Made by a program: the position numbers and the translations under genes. A stretch of 63,966 nt of DNA, filler included, from Acidimicrobiia bacterium (GTDB lineage: Bacteria > Actinomycetota > Acidimicrobiia > Spongiisociales > CAZKJJ01), in NCBI GenBank assembly GCA_046759765.1. It is 5 parts of 5 records of this genome, joined end to end, with 100 filler letters (N's around TTAATTAATTAA, not from the genome) between each part and the next. Parts side by side here need not be neighbours in the genome. Positions count along the whole stretch, not along the records: positions 45,970 to 60,699 come from JBHICV010000053.1; 4 more parts are not named here. One strand, 5' to 3'. Positions 47,258-57,278 of the stretch are shown in pieces (position 1 is the stretch's first letter; each line of letters opens with the position of its first letter). The notes under the pieces were generated by a model. It was given only the letters and a program-made list of their open reading frames with translations, was not told the origin of the DNA and ran no database searches.

Positions 47258-50200
47258 TCAGGTGACCTTCACGTGAGATTCGATCAGATCTCGAAGGCCG
47301 TGCCAGCCCTCCGCCGTGCACTGGTCGAAGGCACGGTTGAGCAGAGGTGCCGCCTCGGGGTGGCCTTCGGGAAGGAAGTTGGCGACCGCGGCGAGCGTCT
47401 CAACGGTCGGAGTCTTGAGTTTGTGTTCAGCCAGGACTTCGAGAGTGTCGTCGAGGGGATTGAGGTCACCCGACGCAGCCGCCGCCCACGTTTTCACTAC
47501 CCGGCGCATATAACCGCCGCCAAGGAGGTACGGCTCGTCGTGCAGAGCCACGAATAGGGACAGGAGGTCTTGCCTTCCCGATAGCAAAACAGCCAGTTTT
47601 AGGCCATCGGCTGCTCGGTAGTACTGCGTCAAGTTCTCTTTGGCCGTCTTCAAAAGCGGCTGAAAGGGAGCGACCGAGTCGTCTTGCCAGACGCTCCGCG
47701 CCAGGCGGAAAGCCTCCGCGTCCAGCTTGGCCCGCTCGTCTCCGTGGCTCATCAATAATTGGTCCGACTGGACGGCGAAATCGCGGGCCTCAGACGCCGC
47801 ACCCCGATAGTTGGCGAGCCTCGCTCTCGCAGCTAGTACCTGCCCTTTGAACCAATCAGAAGCGTCATCCAGCAGAGGGTCGTCGATTAGGGAGTCGTAG
47901 TCATCGATGTTGCCTTGCCAGCTGTGGCTGGCGATGAGGTTGTACAAGGCCGAAAGTGCGCTGGGCTTATCGCCGACCTTGCGGGCGATATCCAGGGCCT
48001 CCCTCGTCACGTGGACTGACATTTTCGTGTTGCTGAGATGGATGGCGAAGCCCAGATTGATTCGACCCCGAATCGAGGCATCGTGAACCTCATGCCGGTC
48101 CGCGACATCGATGGCGCCGCGAAGCACCACGTTTGCCTCGCGAGGTCTGCCCATGCCACTCAGAACGGTCCCTTTCGTGATCAGGGCGTGCGCGAAGATC
48201 GGGGAGTCGTTGCGCAGCTCGGCCGCCGCCAAGACCCGCTCCGCGGTATCGAATGCCTCACTGTCTCGCAGGGAAAGGCTGTAAGCGCGGGCCAGCTCCG
48301 CCGCGCTCGCCAGTAGAAACGGATCGAGCGCCAGATCCGAGTCGGGTTCGATTCGGTCACTCAAGAACTCGGTCGCTTGCTCCAATGCCCGCGCGTCGAG
48401 ATAGATCCTTCCGATCAGTCCGACCAGGCGATGGACGTCAGCGTCGGACCCGGTCTTCTCAGCGTGATCCAGAGCAAGCGTCGCGTAGCGCTCGGCCTCG
48501 GCTCCTCGGTCGAGCTTGGATGCCGCCTCGGCCATCGGTTCCCAGAGGAGAGCCTTTTCCGGAGTGTCGGCGGCGAGATCGAGGGCCTGAGTGCCGATCG
48601 TCATCACTTGCTCATACGAGCGGAGAGACTCCGCCCGCTGAAGCGCTGCCTCGAGTGTCGCCAGCGCCTCGGCTCGCAGTTTGTCGGCTTGCGGGCCCTC
48701 CGGCGTCGCCTGGTAGGCGTGTAGGTAGTGATCGGCGATCACCGGTGCCAACTCGGGCTCGTCGAGCCCCTTCATGTAATTGGCGGCGGCGAGGTGCCGC
48801 TCGCGTCTGGCATCACGCGACAGGCGGCCCTTGGCGACGTCTCTGATAAGGGACTGCACAAAGCGGTATTGGCCGCGTTCCGGCGATTTGGGATCACGTA
48901 CCGGTTCGATAAGGTCGCGGCGGGCCAGACCATTGAGCTCGATCTCCAGGTCCTCGAGCTTCGATCTCGTCACGGCGGCCAGCCCTTCGATCGTGAAGGC
49001 GTGGCCGAGCACCGCCGCATCCTGAATGAGCATTCTCTGGTCCGCTTCGAGGCGGTCGAGCCGGGCGCTGATCGCTGCCTGAATCGATTCCGGCACGGCC
49101 AGCGAATCGAGGTCGCCGACGAAAGATCCATCGTCGAGTAGTTCCTCAGTCGCCAACAGCGTGCGGATCAGCTCCACGGCGAATAGCGGAATCCCGCCCG
49201 ATCTGGCCACGATGGCGTCCACGACGTCCGCCGGCGTCCCGGGAACCGCACCCGCTACCAGCTCGGCTATTTCACTATCGGTGAGTGATCCGAGATTCAT
49301 ACTCACCCAGCTCCGCTTGCCGGTGCCCCACTGCGGGCGCTTATCGAGCAGATCAGGCCGGGCCAGAGTTATCACCAAGATCGGATAGTCGGGAGACCAG
49401 TCACAGAGCTCCTCTACGAAGTCGAGCAGCGCCGGATCGGCCCATTGGAGATCCTCGAAGACGAGGACGGTGGTTCCGGTGGCGGCGACGCTGTTGAAGA
49501 AGAGCCGGACCGCCGCGTCGATCTCGGCCCGATCACCCGGGGGAGCCTCGCCGATTCCTATTACCGGCTGCAGCCTGGGTCTGACCCAGTTGGCGTCATC
49601 CGGGCTGAGGAACTCCTCCAAGCACTTGTCGAGGGCGTCAGTCGCAATGTCATCGTCATCGGTCTCGGCGATTCCAGCCCGGCGATGGATCATCTCCTTC
49701 ACGGCCCAGAAGGTGACCCCATCCCCGTATGCCGGCGACCGACCCTCGTGCCAGAGGACCTGCTCCACCACCCCGTCGACATACTTGCGGAGCTCCCACA
49801 CGAGCCTGCTCTTGCCGATTCCGCCTTCGCCGATCATCGAGACCAGCCGGGCTCGCTTGTCTCGGCTGACTGAGCTCAGCAGGTCCTTGAGCATCCGCAG
49901 CTCGTCGACTCGGCCCACGAAGGGTGGTTCCAACGCCTCGGATCGCATCTGCCCGCCGCGTTCAGACAGAACCGTCAGGGCCCGGAACGCGGGCACGGAC
50001 GTGCTCTTGCCCTTCAGCTCCTTGTCTCCGACCGGCTCAAAGGCAATCGAACCGGAGATCGATCGGACGGTCGATTCCCCGACCAATACCGAGCCGGGTT
50101 CGGCGATCGATTGGAGCCGAGAGGCCGTGTTGACCAGGTCGCCTACCACGAGGCCCTTCTCGTTCCCTCCCGGCCCAACAGACGCTTCGCCGGACAGAAC

Positions 50201-50701
50201 GCCAACTCTCAAAGCCAGCTCGGGAACACCGGCGTCGGAAGCCTGTTTGGCCACCACATCGACTAGCTCCAGCCCCGCTCTGACTGCTCGCTCGGCATCA
50301 TCGTCGCTGGCGACCACAGCTCCCCACACGGCCATCACCGCGTCGCCGATGAACTTGTCCACCGTGCCACCGAAGCGTTCGATCACCTCTTGGCTTCGGT
50401 CGAAGTAGTCAGTTAGGAACTCCCGAACATCCTCGGGGTCGCTCTTCTCAGAGAAGGGTGTGTAGCCGACCAGGTCGGCGAACAGGACGGAGACGAACCG
50501 GCGCTCCACCGCAATCGCTTCCACTTCGTTGCCTGGGCCCTCAAGCGGTCCTGCTCTGGAGGTTCCACACTCGCCACAGAACTTGTTAGCCGCGGTGTTC
50601 GGCGTCTGACAGTTGCCGCAGATCCAAGCAAGCTCTTGCCCACATTCGCCGCAGAACTTTCTGCCGTCTTCGTTCTCGAAGCCACAGTTGGCACACTGCA
50701 T
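47258..50701 (-). CDS. Double zinc ribbon + class III nucleotidyl cyclase + STAND (AAA_16) ATPase + TPR-like protein
   Basis: Four CxxC; FADLVGYT, KFIGDAVM, GDLVNTASRL; GEGGIGKS, LVFEDLQWAD. Confidence 0.92.
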   Translation of the reverse strand: MQCANCGFENEDGRKFCGECGQELAWICGNCQTPNTAANKFCGECGTSRAGPLEGPGNEVEAIAVERRFVSVLFADLVGYTPFSEKSDPEDVREFLTDYFDRSQEVIERFGGTVDKFIGDAVMAVWGAVVASDDDAERAVRAGLELVDVVAKQASDAGVPELALRVGVLSGEASVGPGGNEKGLVVGDLVNTASRLQSIAEPGSVLVGESTVRSISGSIAFEPVGDKELKGKSTSVPAFRALTVLSERGGQMRSEALEPPFVGRVDELRMLKDLLSSVSRDKRARLVSMIGEGGIGKSRLVWELRKYVDGVVEQVLWHEGRSPAYGDGVTFWAVKEMIHRRAGIAETDDDDIATDALDKCLEEFLSPDDANWVRPRLQPVIGIGEAPPGDRAEIDAAVRLFFNSVAATGTTVLVFEDLQWADPALLDFVEELCDWSPDYPILVITLARPDLLDKRPQWGTGKRSWVSMNLGSLTDSEIAELVAGAVPGTPADVVDAIVARSGGIPLFAVELIRTLLATEELLDDGSFVGDLDSLAVPESIQAAISARLDRLEADQRMLIQDAAVLGHAFTIEGLAAVTRSKLEDLEIELNGLARRDLIEPVRDPKSPERGQYRFVQSLIRDVAKGRLSRDARRERHLAAANYMKGLDEPELAPVIADHYLHAYQATPEGPQADKLRAEALATLEAALQRAESLRSYEQVMTIGTQALDLAADTPEKALLWEPMAEAASKLDRGAEAERYATLALDHAEKTGSDADVHRLVGLIGRIYLDARALEQATEFLSDRIEPDSDLALDPFLLASAAELARAYSLSLRDSEAFDTAERVLAAAELRNDSPIFAHALITKGTVLSGMGRPREANVVLRGAIDVADRHEVHDASIRGRINLGFAIHLSNTKMSVHVTREALDIARKVGDKPSALSALYNLIASHSWQGNIDDYDSLIDDPLLDDASDWFKGQVLAARARLANYRGAASEARDFAVQSDQLLMSHGDERAKLDAEAFRLARSVWQDDSVAPFQPLLKTAKENLTQYYRAADGLKLAVLLSGRQDLLSLFVALHDEPYLLGGGYMRRVVKTWAAAASGDLNPLDDTLEVLAEHKLKTPTVETLAAVANFLPEGHPEAAPLLNRAFDQCTAEGWHGLRDLIESHVKVT

Positions 50702-50783
50702 CTGAGATCAACGCTCGCTCGGCTCAGGCTACCTGCGGTAGCCCATGGCCTGGCCTGGATCCGAGGGCCGGTGAGTGGGCTGA

Positions 50784-51275
50784 CTACCGGACCTTGACCC
50801 CCTCTTCCAGATACTTGACGAGACTCGAGTAGATCTCTGATCCGCCTCGACGACGTTCCTCCATCAGCTCGTCCGGGATATCACCCATCACCCAGCCGGT
50901 GAACTTCATCAGCGTTGTCTCGGCTGACTGCTCAATGAGCTCGAAACGTCCGGTTGTGAGCTGAGAACCCGGCATGCCCATCGGCCCCTGGTACCGGATC
51001 AGGGAAGGGTATTCAGCATATGTAACCGTGGCGTAGAGGCCGCCGTTGCCGTCCTCGTCGAACTTCTCATAGAAACGACCGCCAGGCCACGGTTCGAGAT
51101 ACACCCCGACGATGTCATCCCGATAGGTGTGCGACCACCAGGCACCCACCTCCTCGGTGAGGGCCTTCCAGACCCGCTCGCGTGGTGCTCTGATCTCAAT
51201 TTCAACAGCCGTCTCGTAGGCGACTGGTGTGTGTATGTCCTCTTGGTCCACTTCTTCCAATACGACGTCGGTCAT
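50784..51275 (-). CDS. SRPBCC/AHSA1-like protein
   Basis: IRAPRERVWKALT..WW, LEPWPGGRFYE; downstream of ArsR. Confidence 0.85.
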   Translation of the reverse strand: MTDVVLEEVDQEDIHTPVAYETAVEIEIRAPRERVWKALTEEVGAWWSHTYRDDIVGVYLEPWPGGRFYEKFDEDGNGGLYATVTYAEYPSLIRYQGPMGMPGSQLTTGRFELIEQSAETTLMKFTGWVMGDIPDELMEERRRGGSEIYSSLVKYLEEGVKVR

Positions 51276-51279
51276 TACT

Positions 51280-51612
51280 TCATCCTTTCCCTGTCTCTTG
51301 CTCGACATGGCGCTTCAGACGAACCGCCTCACGCGCCCACAACTCCGAAAAGGGGGTCATCCAGCGCTCGTAAAGCAGCCGAATCGGAGCCGGATTCAGA
51401 TGGTTGAAGCGCTGACGGCCCTGTCTAGTCACGGTCACCAGAGAGCTATCCACCAGGACGTCGAGGTGCTTCATGACCGCGAACCTGCTCAGCGTCGGGA
51501 AGCCTTCAACTAGATCACCGGTGGTTCGGGGCGAGCCACGTAACGCATCCAATATCGACCTGCGGACAGGATTGGCCAGGGCCTTGAAAACCGAGTCGAA
51601 GGTGTCCTCCAT
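51280..51612 (-). CDS. ArsR/SmtB-family regulator
   Basis: FKALANPVRRSILD, SRFAVMKHLDVL, GRQRFN. Confidence 0.9.
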   Translation of the reverse strand: MEDTFDSVFKALANPVRRSILDALRGSPRTTGDLVEGFPTLSRFAVMKHLDVLVDSSLVTVTRQGRQRFNHLNPAPIRLLYERWMTPFSELWAREAVRLKRHVEQETGKG

Positions 51613-51634
51613 ATGTGACCAAATAGTAACATAT
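51611..51634. promoter_or_regulatory. Palindromic operator at the ArsR start
   Basis: ATATGTGAC-CAAATA-GTAACATAT. Confidence 0.6.
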
Positions 51635-51675
51635 TGGCTGAAGCTCGGCCATCACACTCATGGTGAAACGAGTAG

Positions 51676-51906
51676 CTAGTCGAGTTCCACTGGCTCGTCA
51701 CCCGTCTCCTCGGCAGTTGCACGCGACCGAACGCCCATGAGGGCCGACGCCAGCACTGCCGCTCCGATCACCAGCAGGACGATCGGCCAGATCCATTCGC
51801 TGTTCGCTCCGAGGCCGGTTATCTCGGTGCTGAGAAATGTGACGCCGAGGCCCGTGAATACGACTCCGAAGATGAACGAAACGATGTCAAAGCGATGTAG
51901 CTGCAT
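51676..51906 (-). CDS. Small two-TM protein of the PspC locus
   Basis: HRFDIVSFIFG, WIWPIVL; follows the PspC gene. Confidence 0.75.
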   Translation of the reverse strand: MQLHRFDIVSFIFGVVFTGLGVTFLSTEITGLGANSEWIWPIVLLVIGAAVLASALMGVRSRATAEETGDEPVELD

Positions 51907-51917
51907 GTCTGGTTCTC

Positions 51918-53129
51918 CTATCTGCTCGGGCGGACTTCTACAGAGCCGAACCCTGCTTCCGCTTCGATCTCAATAAGAGCGCCTGTACCGGTCTGAGTGA
52001 CCGTCAGTCGACGATTCATTCCGGAGTCGGTAACCCCCAGGACCGTCACCTCGCCGATGCCCACCTTCCCGGTAGCGGTCAAGGACATGTCGTCCGGCAC
52101 CAGGACCTCGACTTCGCCGATCGCAACCGAGGCAGTGACTGACAGGCGTTCGTCGATCACCTCCAGCGACCGGAGATCCACTGTCAGCTTGCCGATACCC
52201 AAGCGGTATTCCTCCTGGACGACCGCCGTGGAGTCTGGCCGGTAGACAGACTCGCCGACTCGAGCGTCGAGCCTCACGTCCGTTACCGCCGCGGCCAGGG
52301 CGAAGGGAAGGATCAGCAGACCGATCAGGATCGCTCCGCGGGACCGGCCGATCCAGGCGCCGACGAGCAGGGCGACTCCGATGACCGTCAGGGCGGCCGC
52401 CAGGTAATGGCGGGCTGTCGGGAAGATGACGCCTGAGTTATCGAGGACCGCCATCACCCCCAGGGTGATCAGCACCCCGGCCACTGTGAGCCGGCCCAAG
52501 ATCGAACGGGGCTTTGGCGCTCGCTTCGGGCGAGGTTGGGCCGCCGCGGTGGCCTCGAGCTGGGGAGGGGAGGTTCCCCCACCGGTGCCGGCCAGGCCGG
52601 CAGTGGGCGAGGGTTCCTCTCCGTCGGTGGCGGGTAAGTCGGCGCCCGGCTCGTCCGGTGAGGGAGGGCCTGGGCCTCCTTTGGTTGGGAGCCTGACGTC
52701 GCCTCGGTAGAGGAGAATCCCAACTACCAGCAGCGTTACCGCCCAAACCAGTCCGCTTTGCGTGAAGCCCAGCCAGCTGATGAACAGAAGGCCGGCGAGC
52801 ACGATCAGGATTGCTCCGATCCACGCCTGGGTGCCTTCCAGGCCGTCAATCCACCTCTGTGCGATTGATTGCCTTTCGTTTTGTTTGGGTATGAGCAGCC
52901 AGCCGGCGAGGTACAGAAGGATCCCGAGCCCTCCGAAGAAGGCCAGCACCGCGAAGCCGAGCCTGGGCAGCCAGGGGCTGACCTCGTAACGGTTCCCAAG
53001 GCCGGCTGCTACGCCGGCCAGGATGCGGCCTTCGTCGGGCCTCTCGAGCTTCTTGGGGGCACGAGCCACGGCTGTCTCGCCATTGTGACGCGCTTCGTTG
53101 CCTTGGCGGTTGTCTGTTGTGGTCATCAT
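51918..53129 (-). CDS. PspC-domain membrane protein with C-terminal LiaF/DUF2154-like beta domain
   Basis: RILAGVAAGLG..LYLAGWLLIP; GIGKLTVDL, GEVEVLVP. Confidence 0.87.
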   Translation of the reverse strand: MMTTTDNRQGNEARHNGETAVARAPKKLERPDEGRILAGVAAGLGNRYEVSPWLPRLGFAVLAFFGGLGILLYLAGWLLIPKQNERQSIAQRWIDGLEGTQAWIGAILIVLAGLLFISWLGFTQSGLVWAVTLLVVGILLYRGDVRLPTKGGPGPPSPDEPGADLPATDGEEPSPTAGLAGTGGGTSPPQLEATAAAQPRPKRAPKPRSILGRLTVAGVLITLGVMAVLDNSGVIFPTARHYLAAALTVIGVALLVGAWIGRSRGAILIGLLILPFALAAAVTDVRLDARVGESVYRPDSTAVVQEEYRLGIGKLTVDLRSLEVIDERLSVTASVAIGEVEVLVPDDMSLTATGKVGIGEVTVLGVTDSGMNRRLTVTQTGTGALIEIEAEAGFGSVEVRPSR

Positions 53130-53185
53130 GAGCTCATCGTGCCGATCTCTGGACAGAAGAGCTATTGGGTCTTTCCCCCGATAAA

Positions 53186-53222
53186 CCCTGAGACGTCAGG
53201 GATTTCTCAGGGGAGCCCCCGG
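53186..53222. promoter_or_regulatory. TCAGGG/CCCTGA repeats in the divergent pspC promoter
   Basis: CCCTGA-GACG-TCAGGG followed by a second TCAGGG. Confidence 0.45.
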
Positions 53223-53321
53223 TTGTCGGCCTGAGGGGCCTGTGAGAACATCGAACTGTTCACGGGGTGACCTATTTCCGATACGCAGGAACAAGAGGCC
53301 GAGACCGAACCGAACTGGTTC

Positions 53322-54512
53322 GTGAGGCGGACCGGCATAGAGCGGTCTCCCGACGATCGCCTGGTGTCGGGACTGGCCGCTGGGATCGCAGCTCGACTTG
53401 GGATCGGGTCGTCGTATGTGCGGGCGGCTTTCGTGGTTCTCGCCTTCGCCGGGCTGGTAGGCGCGTTCCTCTATGTCGCCGCCTGGGTTATGACAGTTGA
53501 CTCCGTGGCAACCGACGAATCCGAGGATGAATACCGTCGGGCGACCTCCCAACAACAGTTGGCCCTGGCGCTGATCCTGCTCGGGGTCCTGCTTGGGCTC
53601 CGGTCTGTCGGGCTCTGGTTTGGTGACTCGGTCGTATGGCCGGTGGCACTCGTGACCTTTGGGGTTGCGGTCTCCTGGGATCGCAGCGGCAGCGGCCGCG
53701 ATCGGAACCTGTTCGAACGCCTCACATCTCCTGGTGGTCAGAATGGACCCGAACCCAGCCGAAGACGGATCGCCGCCGGCGCCATCTTGATGCTGGGTGG
53801 TCTGATCGTCTTCTTCAGCACGGTCAGCTCGCTGGCCAATCTCGGCGCCGTCATGGCTGCGGTGTTGATCACCGCGGCAGGCTTCATGCTCGTATTTGGC
53901 CCCTGGGTCTGGCGCCTCGCCGGCGACCTCACTCGGGAGCGTCGCGAGCGAATCCGATCCGAAGAACGGGCGGAGATGGCCGCCCACCTGCATGATTCGG
54001 TTCTGCAGACCTTGGCACTGATCCAACGTACCGAAGACCCGAAACGGATGGTGACGCTCGCCCGCGCACAGGAGAGAGAACTCAGGAGCTGGCTGTTCGG
54101 AAGGGCACCGCTCGCAGGTACGGATCTGCTGAGCACCGCCATCGAGGCCGCGGCAGCCAAGGTGGAGACCGACCACGACGTGCCGATCGAAGTGGTCACG
54201 GTGGGGGACTGTCCCGTCGACGATCGGATCGAGGCGCTGGCGTTGGCCAGCCGGGAAGCGATGACCAACGCGGCTCGGCATTCGGAGTCTGACCGGGTTT
54301 CTGTGTACGTGGAAGTCAACGAGGACCAGGTGGATGCGTGGATCAGCGATCAGGGTGACGGCTTCGAGTTGGGGGAGGTCCCGGCCGATCGCCGAGGCAT
54401 TTCGGACTCGATAGTTGGGCGCATGGAAAGGAACGGGGGCACCGCCGAGATAAGCAGTGATGCGGTTGACGGCACGGAAGTGCACCTGTGGATCAAGAGG
54501 GAGCCTTCGTGA
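53322..54512 (+). CDS. PspC-domain sensor histidine kinase
   Basis: N-term PspC; AAHLHDSVLQTLALIQR, EAMTNAARH, RRGISDSI. Confidence 0.9.
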   Translation: MRRTGIERSPDDRLVSGLAAGIAARLGIGSSYVRAAFVVLAFAGLVGAFLYVAAWVMTVDSVATDESEDEYRRATSQQQLALALILLGVLLGLRSVGLWFGDSVVWPVALVTFGVAVSWDRSGSGRDRNLFERLTSPGGQNGPEPSRRRIAAGAILMLGGLIVFFSTVSSLANLGAVMAAVLITAAGFMLVFGPWVWRLAGDLTRERRERIRSEERAEMAAHLHDSVLQTLALIQRTEDPKRMVTLARAQERELRSWLFGRAPLAGTDLLSTAIEAAAAKVETDHDVPIEVVTVGDCPVDDRIEALALASREAMTNAARHSESDRVSVYVEVNEDQVDAWISDQGDGFELGEVPADRRGISDSIVGRMERNGGTAEISSDAVDGTEVHLWIKREPS

Positions 54513-55147
54513 GCAGCCTGAGTGTCTACGTGGTTGACGACCATCGAATCTTCCTGACGGGTGTGCGCGCCGAGCTGGAGGAGCACTTCGAGATCGCAGG
54601 AACGGCAACCGACGTCGATGAGGCCATCGAAGGCATCGGAAGGTCGAAGCCTGATGTCGTTCTCATCGACGTTCATATGCCGGGCGGGGGCGGACTGGCG
54701 GTTCTGAAGAACGTGTCGGAGTTCGATCCCGAGATCCGCTTCCTAGCGTTATCCGTGTCCGATGAACCGGAGGACGTAATCGCCATGATCCGAGCCGGCG
54801 CCCGTGGATACGTGACCAAGTCCATCGCCCCGGACGAGCTCGTCAGCGCCATCGAGAGAGTCGTCCAGGGCGACGCGGTGTTTTCGCCGCAACTGGCCGG
54901 GTTCGTGCTCGACGCGTTCGCCGAAGTGATATCGGCGCCGGCCGACCCCGAGCTCGACCAGCTGACGCCCCGCGAGAAGGAGGTCCTCCGGCAGATCGCC
55001 CGCGGTTACACGTACAAGCAGGTTGCCCGCCGCCTTTCGATCTCGGTGAAGACCGTCGAAACCCACGTTTCATCGGTGCTGCGGAAGCTCCAGCTCTCCA
55101 GCCGCTACGAGCTGGCCCGGTGGGCATCCGACAGGCGGATCGTCTGA
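54509..55147 (+). CDS. LuxR/NarL response regulator
   Basis: VDDH, DVHMPGG, GYTYKQVA, VKTVETHVSSVLRK. Confidence 0.92.
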   Translation: MSSLSVYVVDDHRIFLTGVRAELEEHFEIAGTATDVDEAIEGIGRSKPDVVLIDVHMPGGGGLAVLKNVSEFDPEIRFLALSVSDEPEDVIAMIRAGARGYVTKSIAPDELVSAIERVVQGDAVFSPQLAGFVLDAFAEVISAPADPELDQLTPREKEVLRQIARGYTYKQVARRLSISVKTVETHVSSVLRKLQLSSRYELARWASDRRIV

Positions 55148-55203
55148 CTTTCTAGTCCCATCATCGGTCAAGGAGGAGCGAAAGACCTGCCGATGATGAC
55201 TGG

Positions 55204-56625
55204 GTGAGTCCTGTCGTCCCAGCTTCGCGTCCTGCCAGGTGGCGTCATGCCAGTCTGTCATTGGCTTTACTTATGCTGGTTGGCTCGTGCTCAGGAGCAA
55301 CATCCGAGACGGTGGCCGGCACGCTCCCTCCGGTGACCGTTGAGCCCCGCACGACAGGGGCATCGGGACTGACTCCATCGGAGATCTACCTGCAGGTGGC
55401 GCCTTCGGTCGCATACGTCGAGACCTCACTGGCTTCCGGAAGCGGGTTGCTGCTCGACGACGGCAAGCTGCTTACCAACGCTCACGTGATGTGGCCCTAT
55501 CAGACGGCCCGGGTCGTCTTCCCCAACGGCACCGAGGTGAACAAGGCGCTTCTGCTCGGGCTTGACCGGATTGCCGACCTGGCGGTCCTGGACGTGTCGC
55601 ACGCCACCGACCTCCCCGACCCGGCTGTCTTCGGTAATGGGGGGGAGCTGGCGATTGGTTCGCCCGTCTTTCTGATCGGCTATCCGGCCGAAGCAGTCGA
55701 TTACCCCACCCCTTCGATTACCCAAGGCATCCTCTCGAGGAAGCGGTCCTGGGATCCGCTCGATGTCACCTACTTCCAAACCGACGCCGTCGGTGAAGGA
55801 GGGCAGAGCGGCGGGGCATTGGTGTCCGAACGCGGAGAGATCATCGGCATTACATCGCTCGCGCTGGGTGAGGGATTCATGCTGGCGGCATCGATACCTG
55901 ACATTTCAACCCGGGTCGAATCGCTCGGGCTCGGATTGGACGTGACTGGCCTCGGCACGAGGGAGATCGGAAGCCTCGTCGGGGAGACCGAGGTGCAGGC
56001 CGAGGTTCCCCACTTCCTGGCCCAACAGGTATGGATCATGTGGCCCGAGCTCGGTGAGACTGTCGAGGTCGAGGTCGAGAGCAGAGGCGACGCCTGGCTC
56101 AACGTCCACGCCCCCGACGGATACGCCGAGGTCGACGCCGACGAGGCCCAATCCGGCACCGAGTCAGGTACCTTCGAAGCCCAGATCGACGGACCCCACT
56201 TCGTGACGGTCGGGTCGAACGATCTCCACCCGATTCAGGTGACCGTGAGGGCCAGTGGCACCCTGGTGGCTCATACGGATCCCGACGACGGGACCCAGTT
56301 GCAGGTCGGAGCAACCCAAGCCGGCAGCGTCGACTATCCCGGCGACGCGGACTGGTTCGTACTCGATCTCGAAGAGGGCCAGCGGGTCTTCGTCACCGCG
56401 GAGACGCTGAACTTCGACGCCCAGTTGGTGATCGACCAGGCCACCAATGCCGACGATGTCCTGTTCTGGGACGACGACTCGGCGGGAGGAATCTACGGCG
56501 ACACACCCGCCGGCTACTTCACGGCCCCCGCTACCGGTACATACCTGGTGTGGGTCCGGGAAGCCTTCTTCGAAGATGCCACTGCCTATGACCTCGGGGG
56601 ATACATTCTTTCCGTCGAGGGCTGA
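55204..56625 (+). CDS. Trypsin-like (S1) serine protease lipoprotein with PPC-like domains
   Basis: Lipobox-like LVGSC; TNAHV, DLAVL, GQSGG triad; DADWF and DDDSAGG PPC-type motifs. Confidence 0.85.
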   Translation: MSPVVPASRPARWRHASLSLALLMLVGSCSGATSETVAGTLPPVTVEPRTTGASGLTPSEIYLQVAPSVAYVETSLASGSGLLLDDGKLLTNAHVMWPYQTARVVFPNGTEVNKALLLGLDRIADLAVLDVSHATDLPDPAVFGNGGELAIGSPVFLIGYPAEAVDYPTPSITQGILSRKRSWDPLDVTYFQTDAVGEGGQSGGALVSERGEIIGITSLALGEGFMLAASIPDISTRVESLGLGLDVTGLGTREIGSLVGETEVQAEVPHFLAQQVWIMWPELGETVEVEVESRGDAWLNVHAPDGYAEVDADEAQSGTESGTFEAQIDGPHFVTVGSNDLHPIQVTVRASGTLVAHTDPDDGTQLQVGATQAGSVDYPGDADWFVLDLEEGQRVFVTAETLNFDAQLVIDQATNADDVLFWDDDSAGGIYGDTPAGYFTAPATGTYLVWVREAFFEDATAYDLGGYILSVEG

Positions 56626-56667
56626 GAAGCCGAGTGCGACACGGCTGAGGCCCGACCTGTACAGTCG

Positions 56668-57207
56668 TTGACCGTCCGCGCTCGCCAACGGAGGATCGGG
56701 GCAAGCATCGGAGACCGCAACCAAGACCAGGACTACGTCCTAGGGCTACTCGAGGAAACCCGTGAGGAGACGACGAGGGCCGATCAGAAGGCAGGCGTCG
56801 TATTGTTCGTCCTCGGAGTCGCGCTCGGCGCACTCCTCGCAGGTCTTATCGCCGGCGACTGGTCGCCAGTCAACCTATCCGGTCTTGCCAAGTGGCTGTG
56901 GTGGCCGGGCGCGGTGCTCCTCCTCGGCTCACTAGCTGCGGCGGCGGTGGCAGTTTGGCCACGCTTCCGTAGGGCAAGGCCGAATCGGATTACCTATTGG
57001 GGAGATGCCGGTCAGACAGACAGCCCGGCTGACCTGATGGCTCGCCTCGAGTCCCAAGAAGTCGACCCGATCACACGGATGGTGGAGGAGTTGTGGGTCT
57101 TGAGCCGGATCGTCGTGAGCAAGTATCGGTTTGTTCGAATCGCCCTCTTGCTGGCGGCGGTCGGGTTTGCGTTTCAAGGGACAGCCGCCCTCCTCGACTT
57201 CTTGTAG
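56668..57207 (+). CDS. Pycsar-type transmembrane effector (PycTM/DUF5706-like)
   Basis: RADQKAGVVL-TM-TM-AVWPR, YWGD, LSRIVVSKYRFVRIA-TM; start uncertain. Confidence 0.8.
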   Translation: MTVRARQRRIGASIGDRNQDQDYVLGLLEETREETTRADQKAGVVLFVLGVALGALLAGLIAGDWSPVNLSGLAKWLWWPGAVLLLGSLAAAAVAVWPRFRRARPNRITYWGDAGQTDSPADLMARLESQEVDPITRMVEELWVLSRIVVSKYRFVRIALLLAAVGFAFQGTAALLDFL

Positions 57208-57278
57208 CGCCCGCGCGCATCCGTCTCGTGAGACGGTCGTGATGGTCAAAGGTCGGGCATCGTTAGCCTGAGCTTGCT

